Source: Eledone cirrhosa
Taxonomy: Eukaryota
Length of the DNA: 64,000 bases
NCBI GenBank assembly: GCA_964016885.1
Contig: OZ024741.1
Location: 343,480,001-343,544,000 of the forward strand
Reading direction: 5' to 3'
The notes beneath the pieces are model-generated. The model made no database searches. It was not told the DNA's origin and was given only the letters and a program-made list of their open reading frames with translations. Made by a program: the position numbers and the translations under genes. This document shows, in pieces, positions 38,162-52,329 of this stretch (the stretch's first letter is position 1; each line of letters starts with the position of its first letter).

Positions 38162-38388
38162 AAAATACATAAATATTATATATATATAAAAATAAAAATG
38201 TGGAAGGGGTAAACAAATAGTTGGGAATACGACAAATAATAAATAAATAAATAAATAGATAAAGGTATAACTGTGTATAGCTTATTTAGAGCACTAACAA
38301 CTTCCTGGAACAAATAATCAATGAAAATAAACATTAAATCACTCTGTATGTAATTATGCATATACATACACATATACACACACATACA

Positions 38389-38469
<81 letters not shown>

Positions 38470-38505
38470 ACACACACACACACAACCATACAAATACACA
38501 CATAC

Positions 38506-38566
<61 letters not shown>

Positions 38567-41500
38567 AAAAAGTATGACCCCGACGGCAGAGCTCAAGCCG
38601 TTTCGACGGCTATTATATATATAAACATATAAATACATATATATATATATACATACACATATACACACCCACACACTAATATACACTCACACATATATAC
38701 AATAAAGTTACGTCACCACCTTAATAAAAATACACACACACATATAAACACACACACACGCATATATATATATATATATACGGGGTAACATACATACATA
38801 TACATACAGATATATACATACAGATATATATAATTATATACACATATATACATATGTATATATACATATATACACATACACACAACAAATACATACACAC
38901 AGAAATACATATCTATAAATAAAAAAGGTGGGTAGTAAAGGGTAAAGTAGAAAGTAGGGGGGAATAAGGACAATAAATAACATAGGAAAAAGTTTAAATA
39001 TAAGTGGAGATAAGGGAGAAAAAGAATATAAGAGTACAGAAAGTGAGTTCAGAGAGTAATAAAAATTGTAGTGGATGGAAGGCGTAGAGAGCAGAGAAGT
39101 TTAAGGTGGTTGAGTCATCGTAGGAATGTCAATCCAGTTACAGAGCAGATGTGATTTCAGGTGAGGACAACATCTGAAGATCTCGGTCTTGGTGTTCAGG
39201 CAAGTTGAAGTGGCTTTCAAGTTTTGTAGAATTCTAAATGTTTCAGTGGTACACAAAGAACAATTCTCTGTGGCTCTTTGGTATTCCCTCGAATGGTCTA
39301 AAATAGACCAATCGATAGTGTACGGGATGTTTTTATCTTTGAATTCCCACACCTTATTTGCGAGAGCCGTTGATGTTCTTTTATCAGAGTGTTTAAAAGA
39401 AGCGAGATGTGCATAGAACCTGGTTTTGAACCTGTCCTGAGTCATGCCAACATATCGTTCACTCCTGGCTGGCTGGCTGGTTGTTAATCAAAGGTGTCAC
39501 TTTGGCCTCATATACAACGGATTTGGTATTACAGTTGCCCTGTAATGGGCATTCATCCGGCTTCCTGCAACTGCATCCTGGATTTATTCTCGTACGATTA
39601 GAATAGGTGATTTTAGACTCATTGATGGGCAGCAAGAGTAACTGATTTTAACTACATTTATATTAAATATCTTATAATATCTATGATTAGGGGGAAAATG
39701 TTTGTCTAAGATGTCAAGGAATTTCCTTCCTACATTAGTTTTGACAGTTAGAGAGAAGGGGGGGGGGGTGTAAACCAAATAATTTTCCTTTTCCTATTAT
39801 TGTGATTAGTTTTAGGGGGAGGAGTAGGTGAATATTTAATGTGTTCTGTAAAGCCGCTGTTATTAAGGGCTTTGTTATAAATGTCTAGAGACGATGATAA
39901 GGTAGAAATCCTACGGCTAATATTGGGAATAAGATTTTTAAAAGCTATAGGGGCATGGCAAGACTCTGTGTATAAAATGTTCGTTAGGTTTATGATAAGG
40001 TTTAAAAGAGGCACTAAGTAGATCAAGATTAATGTCAAGAAAGTTAGCATTGGTAAGGTTCGTATCTATAGTAATTTTAAGGTTTAGATTAGCAACAGTA
40101 TTGATTAAATCTTTACGGAATTTATCAAGGTTATGGCCGTTGGTGGTATGAGAAACTGCCAATCCGTCGTCACGGTATAAACCGATATTATGGGAAGGAA
40201 ATTTCTTTTTAAGGGCGTGGAGAAGGAATAATCCTACTAAGTCACACACATCCGCACTGTCATATGAACCCATTGCAACATCAAAAGAGTTTTCAGGGTT
40301 TGACTTTTTAACCCAAATACTTTCATTAGTAAAGAGTAGAGTTTTCCTAGCATGAAAGATAATGTCTTCTTCTAATTTAGAAATAATAATGAAGGGTCTT
40401 GGAAAATCTAAGGCTTTAGTTAATAAGGAAACAGTAATAGAGGGGTAAAAATCAACAATATCAAATTGGGTAAATCTACACTTATTTTTACCTTGTATAT
40501 TATTAAACCAAGAAATAACAGAGGATGTATTTAACCATTGTGATAAGTCAGTCTTAGTTCTAATTTGGAGAATTAGTTTTCTTAAGATTTTTTTTACTTG
40601 CAAGGCCAACTTCGGATTTAGCCGGGTTAATCAGTCTACAGCTAGTTCGATTAGTAAAGTCTAATTTATGGTCTTCAAGGGTAATATATGCTTTACGTTT
40701 AGCTAGGCTTTCAATCCGGTTGTCTATTTTTAAAGAACTAGCTAGTTCTTTAGCTTCTTTATTAATAGTATTGTAGGTGTTATTGTGAGTTAATTGATAT
40801 TTGTTGGTGATACTATTAGTTAAAAGTTGGTTGTACTAAATACTATTAACTTCAAAGAGATTTTTAGTTTTATCGGAAAGAACAAAAGTGTTTGTAGAAT
40901 TTTTAAAATTAGAAATTTCGTTAGAAAGTTTAGTTTGAAAATTATTATTGTACTTACGAAATTTGATATCACTAATTAAATTAACAAGGTCTAATTCGAA
41001 GTTGGCCATGTCTTTAATTCTAGGTGGGTATTTACGGGATTTTATGTCAAAAGAATCATTTGTATCAGCACTGAATAGTCCATCGTAAACCATTGCCCTC
41101 CATCTCATTCTTTTAACGACTTGTTCGATTGTATCTATAAGCAGTTTGGTATAAATTGTGTTGGAAGGAGTAGGTATATTCTTGATTGATAATCTAATTC
41201 ATAAATGTCCATGGTGTATGTTGGTTAAATTCCAGAAAACTGTAGAGTGCTCAACTAATCGGGCTGGAAAGTGTCAATCATATATGTAATATAGAATATG
41301 CTTCAATCAATCCAAGTTGGAGCTGTATAAATGAAGTAATTCCGTCGGAAAGGTCCAGGAAAAAAGAGAGCTCTATGTAGGTTACAGAGCTTATTAGTTA
41401 TGTAATGATCAACATAAGATAATTATTTCATTTACCAGTGTTTTCTTGAAAGCAAACAAAATTTGCTTTCAGTCATCAGAATGAAAAAATGGTGGTGTAT

Positions 41501-41656
41501 TTATTGACAGTGGATTTTAAAAACAAAAATATAATCTATATGAAAGTGAGGCTGGAAAAGGAAGAAGGAAAGGAAAAATTATTTGTCGTATTCTCAACTA
41601 TTTGTTTACCCCTTCCACATTTTTATTTTTATATATATATAATATTTATGTATTTT

Positions 41657-41733
<77 letters not shown>

Positions 41734-42107
41734 ATATATATGTATATATATGTGTATATTTATATATATATATATATGTATATGTATGTATGTATGTATG
41801 TATATATTTATATGTATGTATGTGTATGTGTAAATGTGTGTATTGCTTACCACGTGTGTTCGTTTATTTATTTGTGCCCTTTCCTGTATAGCTGTCAACT
41901 TTATAATAATTTTTATTTTCTTAAGTCGTATATTTTTTATTTTTATGTGAAGGCCTATTGCATTATATGGCTGTCCATTGTTTTTTTAATTTTTCTTAGA
42001 ATTAATTGTGTGTGTGCGTATGTAGGTCTATATATGTATTTGCGTACGTATGCGTGTATCTATGTGTGTATGTATGTGCGTGTATGTACGTGTGTACATA
42101 TGTATGA

Positions 42108-42170
<63 letters not shown>

Positions 42171-42637
42171 TGTGTGTGTGTGTGTGTGTTTGTATATTTA
42201 TGTGTATGTGTATGTATGGATATATATATATAATTAGGGTAAATATTGATGCAATTCAATTCAAGCACTCAACGTACTTTTTCCATATAGGAGTGACGGA
42301 GTAAATATCGAATAAGGAAAAGCGAAGTAGTTTCAGATGTTCAAGTCCATCCCCTCTGGCTTTCGGCTGACTGCCACAGTCGTGATGGGTAGCAGTAAAC
42401 TTTGGCAGGGCATAGGTGGGCCATTGTTTTGGCTGAGAGGGTGAACTGACAGCGAATTTCGTTGAAATCTGCGGTGGCTAATGGTCAACTTCCTTCGGAC
42501 ATGCGCTTGCGCAGACCGGTGGGGGTGAATTGGTACTCACAAGGGAACGGATGAAAAACCCCAAAGCACGAACTTCATCCGTTCCAATGTCGATTCAATT
42601 TGGATTGCCTCGGAAACATAACCTTATTATGTAACAA

Positions 42638-42711
42638 GCTGTCTGATGATGACACGACACTCGCACACAGAACAGTGTGGCCAGTGTCGTCATTGAAATA
42701 TATATCACAGC
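42638..42711 (+). ncRNA. Type-I HHR inside a nested 0.5-kb element (42236-42762)
   Basis: GCTGT-CTGATGA..ACGACACT/AGTGTCGT..GAAA-TATATA-TC-ACAGC. Confidence 0.82.
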
Positions 42712-42758
42712 ATTATTATTAAAGGACTTGAACATCTGAAACTACTTCGCTTTTCCTT

Positions 42759-42878
<120 letters not shown>

Positions 42879-42917
42879 GTATGTGTATATATGTGTGTAT
42901 GTATATATATATGTCCA

Positions 42918-42948
<31 letters not shown>

Positions 42949-42976
42949 ATATATGTGTGTATGTATATATATATGT

Positions 42977-43065
<89 letters not shown>

Positions 43066-43193
43066 CATGTGTGTTTATCTACTTTTATATTTATTCTTTT
43101 TCCTTTCCTTTCCTTCTTCCTTTTCCAGCCTCACTTTCATATGGATTATATTTTTGTTTTTAAAATCCACTGTCAATAAATACACCACCATTT

Positions 43194-43254
43194 TTTCATT
43201 CTGATGACTGAAAGCGAATCTTGTTTGCTTTCAAGAAACCACTGGTAAATGAAA
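43194..43254 (+). ncRNA. Type-I HHR of the Naiad pLTR
   Basis: TTTCATT-CTGATGA-cTGAAAGCGAA/TTTGCTTTCAa-GAAA-CCACTGG-TA-AATGAAA. Confidence 0.87.
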
Positions 43255-43346
43255 TAATTATCTGATGTTATTTCTTACATAACTAATAAGCTCTGTATCC
43301 TACATAGAGCACTCTTTTTTCTTGGACCCTTCCGACGGAATTACTT

Positions 43347-43392
<46 letters not shown>

Positions 43393-43396
<4 letters not shown>

Positions 43397-44190
43397 CGAA
43401 ACATTAGTCAATTGCATGAACTCATAATCCCTTATTTACTGCTATATATATTTCGATGATAGCCATAGAATGGCTATGACCTCATCAGGCAGTTAGTCAG
43501 TTCTTAGATATGCCAGCTCTGTGTGTATAGTGTTGATGGTATCAGAGCCTTGGGACATAAATGTTTAATATTTTAATATATTAATATTTCTAAATTGTAA
43601 TATCTATAATATTTGTAGTACTTTCACCTTTCAGCAAAACTTTCTTTTAATATATATATATATGTATTAAGAGAAATTTTTGCTGAATTTTACTACAAAT
43701 ATTAGAGATATTAACATTTAGAAATATTAATATATTAAAATAATAAACATTTTAATTGTTAAAGAAGATAGGATCATTTTGAAGATTTATAGGAATATTA
43801 TAAATTACACTTATTTCTGAATGTAGAGTTTTGGCGATGTGTGCAAGAAGAAAATAATTCTGAAGAAAATAATTCTTTTGACAGTTAATTATATAAACAT
43901 TTCTTCGATACACAATTTACAGAATTTTGATAAAGCCATATTTCGGTACGCAGGTGCTTTCGTAATCGTTTTTAAAGATATTGAATAGTCTATATTCTTG
44001 CTTTTTAAGTTCCATATAAGATGTGAAAGAGAAGTAGAAGATTTTTTATCAGATCTGCTGAAAGAATGATTATGGTTATTCCAGCGATGTTTAAATTCTG
44101 TAGAAGTGGCACCGACATAGTTAAATATATAATCTCTAGTTTTAACTGTGCATTTATAGACTACTGTATATTGCACATTGAACACACGCC
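43393..44190 (-). mobile_element. Naiad-type GIY-YIG 3' fragment with an HHR-bearing pLTR
   Basis: ORF 43889..44185 reads VVYKC..YVGATSTEFKHRWNNH..CKLCIEE. HHR at 43438-43493(-): ACTGC-CTGATGA-G..ATAGCCAT/ATGGCTAT..C-GAAA-TATATA-TA-GCAGT. Confidence 0.85.
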
Positions 44191-44296
44191 TTTACGCTTT
44201 GGCTTCTAACTAATTCACCAATCTCTCCTCTCCTATCTCCTCTCCTACCTCCTCTCCTATCTCCATCTCTCTCTTTAAGATTGGTTACTCTTGAAC

Positions 44297-44397
<101 letters not shown>

Positions 44398-44771
44398 ATA
44401 TATATATATATAGCGAGAGAGAGAAATAGATAGATAGATGCAATCATATACATATGATAAATTATGTAATAACTATTTTGTTGTTTCATTACACATAGCG
44501 GTGTTTTCTATGTTTCAAACGTATGGTTTTACAAACGTCTAATATAACCTCTGCCATTAAATATCTCCTATGTAATATTGATAGACATGCCGTCAGTTAA
44601 AACATATTTATAGTTAGACAAATAGTGTCTGCATTTGGGACTGAATTTAGATGTAATGTATTTATTTATGTTCTGAAATAGCGGGGGTATCAGAAGAAAT
44701 GTATTGTGTAATACCTGAAGGAAATGATATAGATTCACCGATTCACAGACACACACGCACGCGCGCGCGCG

Positions 44772-44883
<112 letters not shown>

Positions 44884-44978
44884 CTATAACGATTCTAATC
44901 GAGAAACGTACGTTTCGTTAGCTTAGAAGGCCAACTTATTCATCCTGGGCCGAGGGAATTGAATCAGAAAATGTTTAA

Positions 44979-45125
44979 GGCGCATGTCTTAGTGGTTAGA
45001 GCATTGGGCTTGCAATCAAAGGGTTTTGAGTTCGATTCTCGGACCGGGTGATGTGTTGTGCCCTGGAGCAAGACACTATTTCACGTTGCTCCAGTTTACT
45101 CAGCTGCAGAAATGAGTAGCGATCC
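44979..45125 (+). mobile_element. tRNA-derived SINE family B (head and core)
   Basis: A-box-like cttagtggttagagc, B box gagttcgattc, core tgtgccctggagcaagacac. Confidence 0.8.
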
Positions 45126-45776
45126 TGCTAAATCGATGGGTGGCAGTAGTTCCAGCTGCACGCATAGAAAGACTGGTGTAATGGTTCTGAGAAAAACGCG
45201 GCTTTGCAGATAATCAATGCAAATTGACAATGGAAAGGCGCTCCCCCTCGAGTTAGAAGAGAACTATTGACCTTCAGGAGGAGCAGCGACCCTTGATTGT
45301 ATTCAGCAACCGAAACAAATATGAAGTACATCAAATCCAATTCTCCTAGGGGCGGCCCTGGTTCATCTTATTTGCGAGTGTAACTTGGCCAGATTAGATT
45401 AGATTCTATAACGACTGTAATCGAGAAACTTACGTTTTGTTAGCTTAAGGGGCCAACTTATTCATCCTGGACCGAGGAAATTGAATCAGAAAATGTTTTC
45501 TTAAGAAAAGAAAAGTGCAAGAGTGAACAAAGGGGGAGGTATTGCATATATATATAACATTGTGTTAAATATCAGATCGTTCTTGGAACGCCCAGCCCAC
45601 ACCTATTCCTTTTCATATGAATGATGCTTTGACCTGTAACTACCGGGGAAAGTCCTTGGCATTTTAAACCTGGCAGAACTCATCTCCTTTCCTTGTTTGA
45701 TCACAGCCGAATTCTTCTAGAGAAGGACAGAGAGTGACAGAAAATGGAAGTGTGAACGAGATATTCAGGAATAATG

Positions 45777-46075
45777 GTTTCTTATTTAGGTACAAGGCCA
45801 ACAATTATGGGGGAGGGGAAAGTCGATTAAATCGACCCCATGTGCATGACTGGTACTTTATGTTATCGACCCCGTAAGGATAAAAGGCAAAGTTAACCTC
45901 GGCGGGATTTGAACTCTGATATAGAAGAATAATAAATCCTAGTACTATACTGATACTTTAATTATCGACCTCCAAAGGAAGAAAGGCAAAGACCTCAGCG
46001 GGATTTGAATTCAGATTGCAGAGAGCCATAACGAATACCACGAAGCATTCTAGCTGACGATATAACAACTCCACT
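45777..46075 (-). mobile_element. Two SINE family A fragments
   Basis: atcgaccccgtaaggataaaaggcaaag..ggcgggatttgaact occurs twice. Confidence 0.78.
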
Positions 46076-46149
46076 AATTATCTTCCTTCCGCCTAATACA
46101 CACATTTGTCTATCTTCACATCTTCACTATAGCAACCTTTCAATCTCTA

Positions 46150-47380
46150 TCAGTTAGCTTATATAGGTTGACCGTCATGACTTGTCCAGTCAAAACGCTC
46201 ACCAAAATGGGGCGCGCGCTCTTCCAATATCTTTGGAAGAAGCGGGCTCTCTTGGTGAGAAGATCCATCCACTGCCAACACCCTTTCAACGGAGGGCTGG
46301 GTATGCCGTGGCTGACGATGCGCAAACACGCGCTCAGGCTGCGGCATCTCTACGTATTCCTCACCAGACAACCGGTGTGGGCCCCGTTCGTGAGGCGAGC
46401 CTTCCCACGACTCGTCTCGCTGACCTGGGTCAAGCAAAGACCGAAGAAAATGGGCGACTGGCACATCGAATGTGCTCAGGCGCTCACAACCCTCTGACAG
46501 GCGGACTCGGCGATCAGTGGAGACTCCACTTTGTCATTCTATAGAGGGATGATCCGCAACAAGTGCAACGACGTGCTCGGAGAAACTCTATGCGTGGAGG
46601 AACACGAACTAACCAGTCTGTTCGGTAGGTTCTTCCGCCCGGACCGATGGACAACTTCCAAAAGTCCCTGGCCTGGCAGTGCTACTGAGGAGCTCTACCA
46701 GTTCGAGACAAGCTCGACAGACATGGGCGCCCGGCCAAGGAATTAAAAAAAGATCTGTCCGAGATGCACGCGAGACGAAGAAACCGTCGCGCATTCATAC
46801 ACTTTCCGGGCGTTACCGACCTGTGGGCTATGTAGAATGACTATTGTCGCGGGTGGGACCAATCCGGTTGACCACCGAGTCCATTGTCATGATCAAACCG
46901 CCACCCTCCTTCAAAAACGAAGGAGGGGCGGTTTTCCTTTGTGCGATAGCTATGGCGAAAGAGGTTGTATGGTGGACGAGGTTAAAAGGGCTGAGGTCAG
47001 ACACCTTTCTCTCCGGCCAACAACTGATTCTTTTTTTCAAATACCACGTTGGAAGAAGAATCAGGATGGCAAGTTTTATGAAAGGTGGGTGAAAGTGGCG
47101 AGAATGGCCCGAGTGAATGGGCCTTCTCTCTATATCAGCCTGTAGGTTGACGAAAAAGAGGAAGAGTGGAAAGGGGTACAAACTCTTCGTGCTCCTGGAG
47201 ATGAGGGTTGCACATTTTTTTCGGGGGTATGTGCTACCCATATGAACTGTCACCCCCTATTGGGAAAATCGATTAACTTTTAAGTTACATTTGTGATATT
47301 ATTTTTCACGTGTTTATTGCATGTAAACCCCCCCTTTGTAATTGTCCCCTTCGTCTGTGCCCCTTTGGCCAATAAAGAAA
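46150..47380 (+). mobile_element. L1/Tx1-clade LINE 3' fragment
   Basis: LFQYLWK..LVRRSI..HPFNGGLGMP and a CPRC..EETVAH knuckle, ending in aataaaga. Confidence 0.75.
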
Positions 47381-47444
47381 CATATCTATCTATGGATATG
47401 TATGTATCAAACAAACATATATATATAAACACACATATATACAG

Positions 47445-47547
<103 letters not shown>

Positions 47548-47694
47548 CTCACACATATATATATATGCATATACATATGTACGTATGGGTTATATCGAAC
47601 AGTAATAATCATGTTCAATTCGTTTGCAAACAAATATATTTCGTTTCTGAATTTGTTTAGCAAGATTCTTTATCTGAAAACGTGTGTTGAAACC

Positions 47695-48104
47695 GATATT
47701 CTTATACTTTGGGAGGGTCATGATGACAATAAGAAACACACGCACCACATGCTTTCAATCCAATTTATTATAAATTAAATTTATAAATTTAAGAATTTAT
47801 AAATTTCCGGTTGGTTGGTTGGTTCCATAACCGGACGGTTGTTCATATATTGTCAAAGTTCTTTCGTCACACATTCTGTGACATCTTTAGTGACTGGGGA
47901 TTCTTTTCTTTGTTTTTGTGCCTCTCCTTTGTTCTGTCCTACGCCATCTTGTAGAACTTTGACAATATATGAACAACCGTCCGGTTATGGAACCAACCAA
48001 CCAACCGAAAATTTATAAATTCTTAAATTTATAAATTTAATTTATAATAAATTGGAGTGAAAGTAACTGGTGCGTGTGTTTCTTATTGGCAACATGACCC
48101 TCAC
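47695..48104. repeat. Palindromic pLTR-like repeat (family also at 49100-49335 and 51290-51530)
   Basis: Arms are inverted. Best HHR copy at 49138-49180: GTCA-CTGAAGA-gGTCACA/TGTGAC-GAAA-GAAC-TT-TGAC. Confidence 0.78.
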
Positions 48105-48106
48105 AA

Positions 48107-49091
48107 TCTATATATATAAAACTGTGGTTGTCTGTCTGTCTATCGTTTTTTGGCACACATCTCCTCTTAGAATCTCTCACGGAATTGCACCGAAATTGCT
48201 ATACTTGTACATTGAGCCCTAGCGAAGACATCGGAAAAAAAATATTTCAAATTGACCCACCCTATGTGACGAAATCGAATATAATGTATCGATTTTTGAG
48301 CGTAAGTTATCAGTTATTTCCCTTTGTTCTGTTTACATTGAGCGTCTTACGTAAAAAATTACGCTGGCTTTCTCAGCGTTTAAAATGACATTAACACAAT
48401 ACACGAACAGTTGTCGAGCCAGCAAAATATTGACCTGCAAAATTCATCAGTTCGAACACTAAGCTTCCGTTTTGCTTCATTTCCATTTAAAAGCATTTTA
48501 AAACAATATTTTTACTTGAAAACAAGTCTATTTAAAGACTACGTAAAACAAGCAAATATTTCGTCGTTAGGCGTGCAGACAGACAGTCGTGCAGACAGAC
48601 AGTCGTGCAGAGAGGTGATATACGCGTGCAGACAGACAGTCGTGCAGAGAGGTGATATAGGCGTGCAGACAGACAGTCGTGCAGAGAGGTGATATAGGCG
48701 TGCAGACAGACAGTCGTGCAGAGAGGTGATATAGGCGTGCAGACAGACAGTCGTGCAGAGAGGTGATATAGGCGTGCAGACAGACATAACTGATAATTTG
48801 GTTACGCTAATGTTTTTCTCTGCGTTGCAGTGTTTACATTTTCGATCTTTGTTAATAAATAACCAGTGCAGTTTCTATCCCCAGCATCCTCTTTTGTTAT
48901 AACAATCGGGTTATCGTTATGTTTTCTTAACTTCATAAGGCATATTGTTGGTTGGGGGAATATTAATCAAAAACACCACATGCAAGTCTGCACAGTAGAC
49001 ACTACAGTTTTTAAGCCAAGAAAGAAACTTAACATTGTAACTTTAACACAGCTACTGAGCGACCCCGAGCAACGCCGGGCTTTACTGCTAG
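48107..49091 (+). mobile_element. Non-autonomous Helitron with an internal 37-bp minisatellite
   Basis: Starts A|TC(tatatatataaaa). Ends with a GC hairpin cccgagcaacgccggg followed by CTAG|T. The 37-bp repeat spans 48570-48786. Confidence 0.75.
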
Positions 49092-49328
49092 TATATATAT
49101 AAAAGGAGAGGCACAAAAACAAAGAAAAGAATCCCCAGTCACTGAAGAGGTCACAGAATGTGTGACGAAAGAACTTTGACAATATATAAACAACCGTCCG
49201 GTTATGGAACCAACCAACCAACCGGAAATTTATAAATTCTTAAATTTATAAATTTAATTTATAATAAATTAGAGTGAAAGCAACTGTTGCGTGTGTTTCT
49301 TATTGGCAACATGACCCTCCCAAAGCAT

Positions 49329-49370
<42 letters not shown>

Positions 49371-49536
49371 TGGAAAACGAAGAATCCGTGATCCATCGGA
49401 ACATATTTTATTAACGTTTTACAATTGTGTTCCGATGCATCACTGATTCTTCGTTTTCCATATTATTATACTCTGCTCCAAAGGAGCATAGAGTGCTCAA
49501 CCGGCATACCGCGTATAGACGCATCCAATCACCCTA

Positions 49537-49575
<39 letters not shown>

Positions 49576-49578
49576 ATA

Positions 49579-49614
<36 letters not shown>

Positions 49615-49616
<2 letters not shown>

Positions 49617-50450
49617 ACAAAGGAAATGTGGTAAGGAACCAGATGGACCATAATGCACCAAAGTACTCAATACTTAGGGTAGTAGAGTGGGTAATAGGAA
49701 GATGTATGACCCCGACGGCTGAGCTCAAGCCGTTTCGACGGCTAATTCTGAACTAAATGAAAATGTTTATCCTGGTAAATGAATAGCCGAACTTCTCAGG
49801 GGGTAATTCCATATATGGTAAAAGTGATTGTCACAAGGATTGGTCAAAAGTTTTTTGTTGAGACACATGATTCTATCATGGCATTTTATGGAAGGGATGG
49901 GTAGCTGAACTTGCCAGTAGAAGAAAGACGGAGAGGGAGAGGAGGAAACCCAGTCAAGCGTTGAAAGTGACAACTACAGCAGATTCTAAGGATAGAAGGT
50001 CGAAAAAAGTATACTAGAGAAGGGCGTCGGGGAGGAAGTTGAAACAATAAGTAAATCTAAATGGAGTAAATATATAGAAAATATAAAAAATATAAAAAAT
50101 ATAAAAAAAAATATTTCTGGTTACTATTCCCCCACCACAATCATCAAATCTCTCACTGGTACTGCTAAGCTATAGAAAAGTTTAATAGGTGGGACGGAAT
50201 ACTAAATACGAGATTGTAGTGAAAGAATTTTATGAGTTAGTAGTAATCGGCCAAATCTATCTTACAATGACAGGTCAACAAGTAGGGGGCCAACATACTA
50301 AAAAAAAACTAATACGAAATAATAATTCAAGATCCCGAAATTAATACGAAATATTAATTCAGAATCCCGAAACATGAATACTAATACGATGTATATAAGT
50401 ACTGCTACAATACATACATTCTAATACAAACTCTGACGTCGGAGTCCTAC
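49615..50450 (-). repeat. pLTR/3' UTR homolog of 7681-8350 with an extended HHR-like motif (49709-49804)
   Basis: Aligned by eye to 7681-8100. ACCCC-CTGAGAA-G..C-GAAA-CGGC(ttgagctca)GCCG-TC-GGGGT. Confidence 0.75.
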
Positions 50451-50455
50451 TTGTT

Positions 50456-50505
<50 letters not shown>

Positions 50506-50544
50506 GATATATGTGTGTGTATGGAGATATATATGTGTGTACGT

Positions 50545-50910
50545 GTGCCTACTTACATTTATGTATCAGCTATGCATGGGCGAGAAATAAAATTCTAATT
50601 TTATTTTCAATATGCAGCAAGGCCAGCCGTAACTCACTCGGTAAACTCACTCGGTATGCAAATGAGGCTACTCAGCCGATGTGTACGTAAGAAAATACTA
50701 TATATTTTCAACCGTTCAACAGACTGGCAGTTGTATACAGTCCTGGTGGAGGGTAATGAGCCAGAAACATGTTGATTGTTCTTCAATGCCAGTGTTGAAG
50801 AACAGGTGACGATGGGTCACCGGCACAGCATCAAATCGGACCGTTTGTTTAGAAACGAATTGAACAATATTATTAAGGTTCGATATAACACATAAGTACA
50901 CATGTATATA
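50545..50910 (+). repeat. Octamer+HHR family, diverged copy
   Basis: aactcactcggtATGCAAAT at 50656. CAGTC-CTGGTGG..GAAA-CATG-TT-GATTG. Confidence 0.7.
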
Positions 50911-50937
50911 CATATATATATATATCTATTCTAATCC

Positions 50938-51240
50938 AATATATATCTATTTCCGAGCACCAATCCTAATGTTTTATTTTTACTGGACTGGCAATTGCTC
51001 TGTATAATCAGTTCCTGATTATTACTGGAATTCTATAAGAATCTAGCCTCTATAATTTTCGGCAGAGGTCGGAGAGTACGTTCCTCTGAGGATCACCAAC
51101 AATGGGAAACAGAATCTGTCAGCTTCTCTCCCTTCCTTTGTCGAAAAAAGAAGTGACATAGTCAGTACTTTAAAATAAAGCGCAAAGCCTTCAAAGTGTT
51201 TTTAATTAGACATAAGGTATATTACCAAATATACTATACA
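50938..51240 (+). mobile_element. Diverged monomer of the 308/318-bp retrozyme-like family
   Basis: gctctgtataatcagttcctgattatt..ttctataagaat block, and CTGAGGA..GAAA-CAGAATCTG-TC. Confidence 0.8.
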
Positions 51241-51549
51241 TACATTCATATATATATATATATATAAACAAAATATACAAACAAAATGGCGTAGGACAGA
51301 ACAAAGGAGAGGCACAGAAACAAAGAAAGGAATCCCCAGTCACTTAAGTGGTCACAGAGTGTGTGACGAAAGAACTATGACAATATACAAACAACTATCT
51401 TGTTGTGGAACCAACCAACCAACCAGAAATTTATAAATTTATAAATTTATTATAATAAATTGAAGTGAAAGCAACTGGTGCGTGTGTTTCTTATTGGCAA
51501 TATGACCCTCCCAAAGTATAACAATATAAATATACATATATATACATAT

Positions 51550-51650
<101 letters not shown>

Positions 51651-51654
51651 TATA

Positions 51655-52102
51655 TCAATGCAGGGGGATGCAGAACAATTATATGAAAGACGTAAAATAA
51701 GAAAATTTTAAAAATTAAAAATTAACTTACTTACTAAAATTTTCACTCCAACTAATTAGTTTCTGTAATGGGATAAATATAGTTACACAATGTAACTATC
51801 GAGAATTCATTACGTCATCAGGGAGTCTATTCTCAGCTAAGTTCCCAGGCAATACGCGGACACTAGGAGCCCATATTTTTATATGGGCTCCTAGTGTCCG
51901 CGCATTGCCTGGGAACTTAGCTGAGAATAGACTCCCTGATGACGTAATGAATTCTCGATAGTTACATTGTGTAACTATATTTATCCCATTACAGAAACTA
52001 ATTAGTTGGAGTGAACATTTTAGTAAGTAAGTTAATTTTTAATTCTTAAAATTTTCTTATTTTACGTCTTTCATATAATTGTTCTGCATCCCCCTGCATT
52101 GA
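51655..52102. repeat. Near-perfect 448-bp palindrome carrying two HHRs
   Basis: Centre at 51877-51880. HHR at 51931-52012(+): ACTCC-CTGATGA-cGTAATG..CATTACa-GAAA-CTAATTAG-TT-GGAGT. Mirror copy at 51745-51826(-). Confidence 0.9.
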
Positions 52103-52181
52103 ACCACCTAGGTATTTTGACATAACTTATATATTTACTAGCATTAGTGTACATCTGTACGCATATGTTGGTAGATGTATT

Positions 52182-52273
<92 letters not shown>

Positions 52274-52298
52274 AGGTATATATATATATATACATACA

Positions 52299-52324
<26 letters not shown>

Positions 52325-52329
<5 letters not shown>

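Noticed and set aside
44979-45052. tRNA gene
   Set aside because: A and B boxes are present but there is no proper acceptor stem, and the sequence continues into a SINE core found elsewhere in the window.
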